A DNA stretch of 64,000 nt. Source: Candidatus Omnitrophota bacterium (lineage in GTDB: Bacteria > Omnitrophota > Gorgyraeia > JAFGHF01). Shown here one piece after another: positions 60,147 through 64,000 of this stretch. The notes under the pieces were generated by a model, which worked only from the letters and a program-made list of their open reading frames with translations, was not told the origin of the DNA and made no database searches. A program made the position numbers and the translations under genes. The stretch covers positions 583 through 64,582 of the forward strand of contig JAZDHS010000004.1 in the NCBI GenBank assembly GCA_043805735.1, given 5' to 3'. Position 1 is the stretch's first letter; each line of letters starts with the position of its first letter.

Positions 60147-61403
60147 ATGAATACAGCTCAAGCAGTGGTAAAAATGGCCAAAGCGGCCAAGGCGGCGGCG
60201 CAAGAGTTATCCGGTATGCCCAGCGCTGCAAGAAATAAAGCTTTGCTGGCGATGGCGCAAAGCCTGCGCAAAAACTCTAGCTATATCTTGAGGGCCAACC
60301 AAAAAGATCTTGCGCAAGCCCAAAAACAGCGTTTAGCTGCCGCGTTGGTAGAGAGATTGGCGCTGAATGAAAAACGTATTGGCCAAATGAGCGCCTCGCT
60401 GGAAGTGATCGCCGCTTTAGCCGATCCCTTAGGCCGGATACTGCGAACTATTGAACGGCCTAATGGGTTGCACATCGAAAAAGTCAGTGTCCCTATCGGT
60501 GTCATCGCGATCATTTATGAGTCCCGGCCGAATGTGACCGCCGACTGTATTGGATTATGCCTGAAGGCGGGCAATGCCGTGATTCTGCGCGGAGGGCGCG
60601 AGGCGATTAATTCCAATATTGCTATTTATACCTTGTTGCAAAAAGAATTGGTAAATTTTAGCTTGCCTGAACATGCCGTAGGCCTGGTTAAAAGCACTGA
60701 GCGCCAAGCCGTGGATATTCTCCTTGGCTTATCCCAGTACATTGATCTGGTAATTCCCCGTGGGGGAGAGAGTTTAATTACCCACGTTAGCGAAAAGTCC
60801 AAAATTCCGGTGATTAGACACTATAAGGGAGTATGCCATACCTATGTGGATAGCGATGCGGATTTAGCGATGGCCCGTAAGGTCGCACTCAATGCCAAAG
60901 TGCAGCGGCCAGGTGTGTGCAATGCCATGGAGACATTGCTGGTAGACAAAAAGATTGCCGCCCGCTTTTTACCGGACATGTTAGCGGATTTACAAAGGCG
61001 AGGAGTGGAAATTAGAGGTGATCCCGCGACCCGCAAATTCGGCCGGGGAATTAAGTTAGCAAAGGAAAGCGACTGGTTTACGGAGTATCTGGACTTAATT
61101 CTTTCGGTCAAGATAGTTTCAGGGCTAGAAGAGGCGATTATCCACGTTAACCACTATGGCTCAAGCCATTCTGATGCCATCATTACCGAGAACCGCAATA
61201 AAGCCAAAGAATTTCTCTCTCGAGTGGACAGCGCTTGCGTCTATGTCAATGCATCAACCCGTTTTACCGACGGCTTTGAATTTGGTATGGGAGCCGAAAT
61301 GGGCATTAGTACCGATAAACTGCATGCCCGTGGCCCGATGGCGCTGGAAGAACTCACGACTTATAAGTACCAGATTACCGGTAATGGTCAGGTTAGGACA
61401 TAA
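60147..61403 (+). CDS. proA: gamma-glutamyl phosphate reductase
   Basis: IYESRPNV, CNAMETLLV, NASTRFTDG, HARGPM. Confidence 0.98.
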   Translation: MNTAQAVVKMAKAAKAAAQELSGMPSAARNKALLAMAQSLRKNSSYILRANQKDLAQAQKQRLAAALVERLALNEKRIGQMSASLEVIAALADPLGRILRTIERPNGLHIEKVSVPIGVIAIIYESRPNVTADCIGLCLKAGNAVILRGGREAINSNIAIYTLLQKELVNFSLPEHAVGLVKSTERQAVDILLGLSQYIDLVIPRGGESLITHVSEKSKIPVIRHYKGVCHTYVDSDADLAMARKVALNAKVQRPGVCNAMETLLVDKKIAARFLPDMLADLQRRGVEIRGDPATRKFGRGIKLAKESDWFTEYLDLILSVKIVSGLEEAIIHVNHYGSSHSDAIITENRNKAKEFLSRVDSACVYVNASTRFTDGFEFGMGAEMGISTDKLHARGPMALEELTTYKYQITGNGQVRT

Positions 61404-61405
61404 CA

Positions 61406-61987
61406 ATGCAATGCTCGGGACGAATCGGAATACTCGGCGGCACATTTAATCCCATTCATGCCGGACATTTAGTCTTAGCTGAGCAGGCCTGGCAGCAACT
61501 GCGTTTGGAGCAGGTATTGTTTGTCCCTTCAGCCGCACCGCCGCATAAGGCCCAGTACAGTGTAGCTCCGGCCCAGGCAAGATACCGCATGGTGGAGTTG
61601 GCCATTTCCTTTAATCCGCACTTTGCCTTGTCCGATATAGAACTAAGAAGAAAAGGCCCGTCTTATTCGATTATAACGGTGAAACAACTACGCAAGCTAT
61701 ATCCGAAAAAGAAATTGTTTTTTCTGGTCGGCTCGGATTTCCTACGCGAATTCCCCTTTTGGAAAAAAATCAGGCAGTTGCGCAAGCTTTGCACCTTTGT
61801 GGTTGCCCGCCGGCCGGGATATAAAATTAAGCATTTGCCTAAAGACATGTGCACGCTGCAAGTGAATGCGCTCGATATATCTTCAACTGATATCCGCCGG
61901 CGTTTACGCGGCAAGGAATCGATCCGTTATCTTGTGCCGGAACAAGTGCGCAGCTACATTTTGCGTAAAAAACTTTACGCTTCTTAA
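61406..61987 (+). CDS. nadD: nicotinate-nucleotide adenylyltransferase
   Basis: GGTFNPIHAGH, PPHK, ISSTDIR. Confidence 0.96.
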   Translation: MQCSGRIGILGGTFNPIHAGHLVLAEQAWQQLRLEQVLFVPSAAPPHKAQYSVAPAQARYRMVELAISFNPHFALSDIELRRKGPSYSIITVKQLRKLYPKKKLFFLVGSDFLREFPFWKKIRQLRKLCTFVVARRPGYKIKHLPKDMCTLQVNALDISSTDIRRRLRGKESIRYLVPEQVRSYILRKKLYAS

Positions 61988-61992
61988 AATTA

Positions 61993-62021
61993 TTGCATCT
62001 GGATTAAAATTGTGCTAAAAT
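61993..62021 (+). promoter_or_regulatory. sigma70 promoter of the small zinc-ribbon gene and rsfS
   Basis: TTGCAT (61993-61998), 17-bp spacer, TGn-TAAAAT (62016-62021). Confidence 0.6.
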
Positions 62022-62053
62022 AAAACGGTTTAACATCTTAAAGGAGGTGGATG

Positions 62054-62191
62054 ATGGACGCGTATTGTGTAAAATGCAAGGCCAAGAAAGAGATGACCGA
62101 TGGAAAAAAGGTGACCATGAAAAATGGGCGCAATGCCATGAAAGGCAAATGCCCTGATTGCGGCACTACTCTTTTTAGAATTATGAAGTAG
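62054..62191 (+). CDS. small zinc-ribbon protein (DUF5679-like), 45 aa, absent from the ORF track
   Basis: MDAYCVKCKAKKEMTDGKKVTMKNGRNAMKGKCPDCGTTLFRIMK; SD AAGGAGGT; alternative start ATG 62051. Confidence 0.85.
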   Translation: MDAYCVKCKAKKEMTDGKKVTMKNGRNAMKGKCPDCGTTLFRIMK

Positions 62192-62204
62192 GGAGGGACA
62201 CGCT

Positions 62205-62570
62205 ATAAATTCTCGATCCAAGGCGTTAGCCATTGCTTGTGCCGCTGAAGACAAAAAAGCGCTCGATACCGTTATCTTGGATATGCGTAAGATTTCCGAT
62301 ATCGCCGATTTTTTTGTTATTACGAGCGGCAGTTCTACCCGCCAAGTAAAAGCAATCAGCGATCACATTATGGAGAAGCTTGGGGCGAAAGCCAAGCGGC
62401 TCCGGCAGATTGAAGGGTATCACCATGGGCTCTGGGTTTTGCTGGACGTCAGCGATGTGATCGTGCATATTTTCCATCAGCAAACGAGGGAATTTTATAA
62501 CCTGGAAAGGTTATGGGGTGATGCGCCGATTGTTCCTTTGAAAAGCCCAAAAAAGCAGGCAAGATCATGA
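62205..62570 (+). CDS. rsfS: ribosome silencing factor RsfS, probable AUA start
   Basis: AAEDKKA..ILD...IADFFVI..S.RQVKAI..WVLLD..D.IVHIF..REFYNLERLW; ATA 8 nt after GGAGG. Confidence 0.9.
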   Translation: MNSRSKALAIACAAEDKKALDTVILDMRKISDIADFFVITSGSSTRQVKAISDHIMEKLGAKAKRLRQIEGYHHGLWVLLDVSDVIVHIFHQQTREFYNLERLWGDAPIVPLKSPKKQARS

Positions 62571-62600
62571 AGACGCAAGGAGTATCCTTGCGTCTTCTTT
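62569..62600 (+). terminator. hairpin / intrinsic terminator after rsfS
   Basis: Perfect 13-bp stem GAAGACGCAAGGA-GTA-TCCTTGCGTCTTC followed by a short T tract. Confidence 0.7.
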
Positions 62601-62616
62601 ATCAGAAATTGCGTAA

Positions 62617-64000
62617 ATGGGTACATTCAGCAGACGACTAATTTCATCAATTCTTTTACTGGTTGTTTTTACCAGCCTGTCCTATTTCTTTTTCCTATTT
62701 CGGATTTCCAATGAAATCTTTAAGGTTGAGAGTATTGAGAGCCTGCGCCATATCATTTTTGTCTCAGGCCTGGCGATTACGACGCTGGCGGCAATCGGCG
62801 CCTTTTCACTATCCTTTTTGCTGACGAAAAGGCTCAGGCGCCCGGTACAAGAGCTGGTGAAAGCGACTAAGGCCCTCTCGCGAGGCGACTTTGATCAACA
62901 TATCAAGGCGCGCTCTTTTACGGAAATTGAAGAGTTGATTTTTAATTTCAACTACATGGTCCAACAGCTTAAACACCTGGATCAGGAATCGAAAAAATAC
63001 AGCAAAAATTTAGAGAAAATTGCGCGCGACCGGGCAAAAGACTTAAGCTATATTTATAAGATTAGCCGCGAGGTTTCCTCATCCCTAGAATTAGATGAAG
63101 TGTTGGATGCCGTGATTAAAAGGACAATGGAGGCGCTGAGCTTACGGGTCTGCACAATACTGTTAGTGGAAGAGGTTAGTGAAAGCGGTTTGAAGGTTGC
63201 CCGTTCGCAAGGTATGAATATAAAACGGGTAGAGAGCCAGGCAATCAAAAAAGGTGAAGGCATATCCGGCTGGGTGTGGGAAAAAAGAGAGCCGCTGTTA
63301 ATTAAGGATATCGATCAGGATAACCGTTTTATCGGCCGGGAAAAAGAAAAGTATTATTCGGGCAGCATCATTGCCGTGGCCTTGGAGGCCAAGACAAAAA
63401 TTATCGGCGTAATCGTCGGTAATAATAAAACTGGCACCGAGACATTCGAAAAGAATGATTTACTGCTTTTGCAGGAGATCGCCTGCGAGTCGGCGATTGC
63501 CATCGAAAATGCGCTTTTATACAAAAGCCTAAAACAAATCTACGTACACACTATTTCGGCGCTGGCCGGGGCCCTGGATGCCAAGGATCACTATACCCGC
63601 AGCCATTCGGAGAACGTGACCAGATATGCCGTGGCTATTGCTAAAGAGATGGGGCTTTCCGAGGTTCAGACTGAGCTGATTCGCCAGGCCTGCCAGCTGC
63701 ATGACCTAGGCAAAATCGGAATTCACGACTATATCCTCAGCAAGAAAGGAAAGCTTTCCCCGGAAGAGTGGGAAGAGATACGTGCGCACGCCCTGCGCGG
63801 CGCACAGATTTTAAAACCGATTGAATTTTTAAGCGAGGTTGCCGAACTCATTCAGCAACATCATGAACGTTACGACGGTTCGGGCTACCCGATGAAATTG
63901 AGCGGCCAGGATATTCAACTGGGAGCGCGGATTATGTCTGTAGCCGACTCGTTTGACGCGATGGTCTCAGCGCGGCCGTACCGCCGGGCATTCAGCTTGT
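62617..64000 (+). CDS. 2TM-HAMP-GAF-HD-GYP cyclic-dinucleotide phosphodiesterase (truncated by the window end)
   Basis: Read by hand from ATG 62617: AKDHYTRSHS, LHDLGKIG, HHERYDGSGYP, VADSFDAM..RPYR; frame stays open to the window edge. Confidence 0.92.
   Translation, partial: MGTFSRRLISSILLLVVFTSLSYFFFLFRISNEIFKVESIESLRHIIFVSGLAITTLAAIGAFSLSFLLTKRLRRPVQELVKATKALSRGDFDQHIKARSFTEIEELIFNFNYMVQQLKHLDQESKKYSKNLEKIARDRAKDLSYIYKISREVSSSLELDEVLDAVIKRTMEALSLRVCTILLVEEVSESGLKVARSQGMNIKRVESQAIKKGEGISGWVWEKREPLLIKDIDQDNRFIGREKEKYYSGSIIAVALEAKTKIIGVIVGNNKTGTETFEKNDLLLLQEIACESAIAIENALLYKSLKQIYVHTISALAGALDAKDHYTRSHSENVTRYAVAIAKEMGLSEVQTELIRQACQLHDLGKIGIHDYILSKKGKLSPEEWEEIRAHALRGAQILKPIEFLSEVAELIQQHHERYDGSGYPMKLSGQDIQLGARIMSVADSFDAMVSARPYRRAFSL

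Noticed and set aside
62567-62641. 24-codon ORF overlapping the rsfS stop as a leader peptide
   Set aside because: It runs through the terminator hairpin and has no clear SD or informative codon pattern

Overview
A gene-dense bacterial chromosome segment in which every credible gene lies on the + strand. Most of it is housekeeping: tRNA-Pro(CGG), ligA, xerD, a tRNA nucleotidyltransferase, rbfA-nrnA-ribF, a dcw cluster from mraZ to ftsA with no ftsZ after it, proC-mtnP-ileS-lspA-lgt-rluD-aroA, mreBCD-mrdA-rodA and rng-rplU-rpmA-obg-proBA-nadD-rsfS. The gene content and order suggest a diderm, plausibly Ca. Omnitrophota/PVC; this is an inference only. Between rodA and rng lies a ~15 kb type IVa pilus locus. 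It opens with a sigma70 promoter, a c-di-GMP-I riboswitch and its terminator. A small ribbon-helix-helix-like protein, a HAMP-GGDEF protein with a degenerate active site, pilT, a stand-alone MshEN-like protein, two tandem PilB ATPases and pilC follow. Then come two paralogous pilins, pilM, three minor pilins with acidic Ca2+-loop-like motifs, and pilNOPQ. A partial HAMP-GAF-HD-GYP phosphodiesterase ends the window. Notable signals outside the pilus locus: tandem NrdR-box-like sites plus MraZ repeats at the dcw promoter; a 124-bp MITE that split an ancestral mtnP/ileS ATGA overlap; a dispersed ~39-bp hairpin repeat; an AUA start for rsfS; and an Obg with a non-canonical G3 motif. No CRISPR array, rRNA, prophage or transposase was seen. 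All calls come from reading motifs by eye; no database searches were run.
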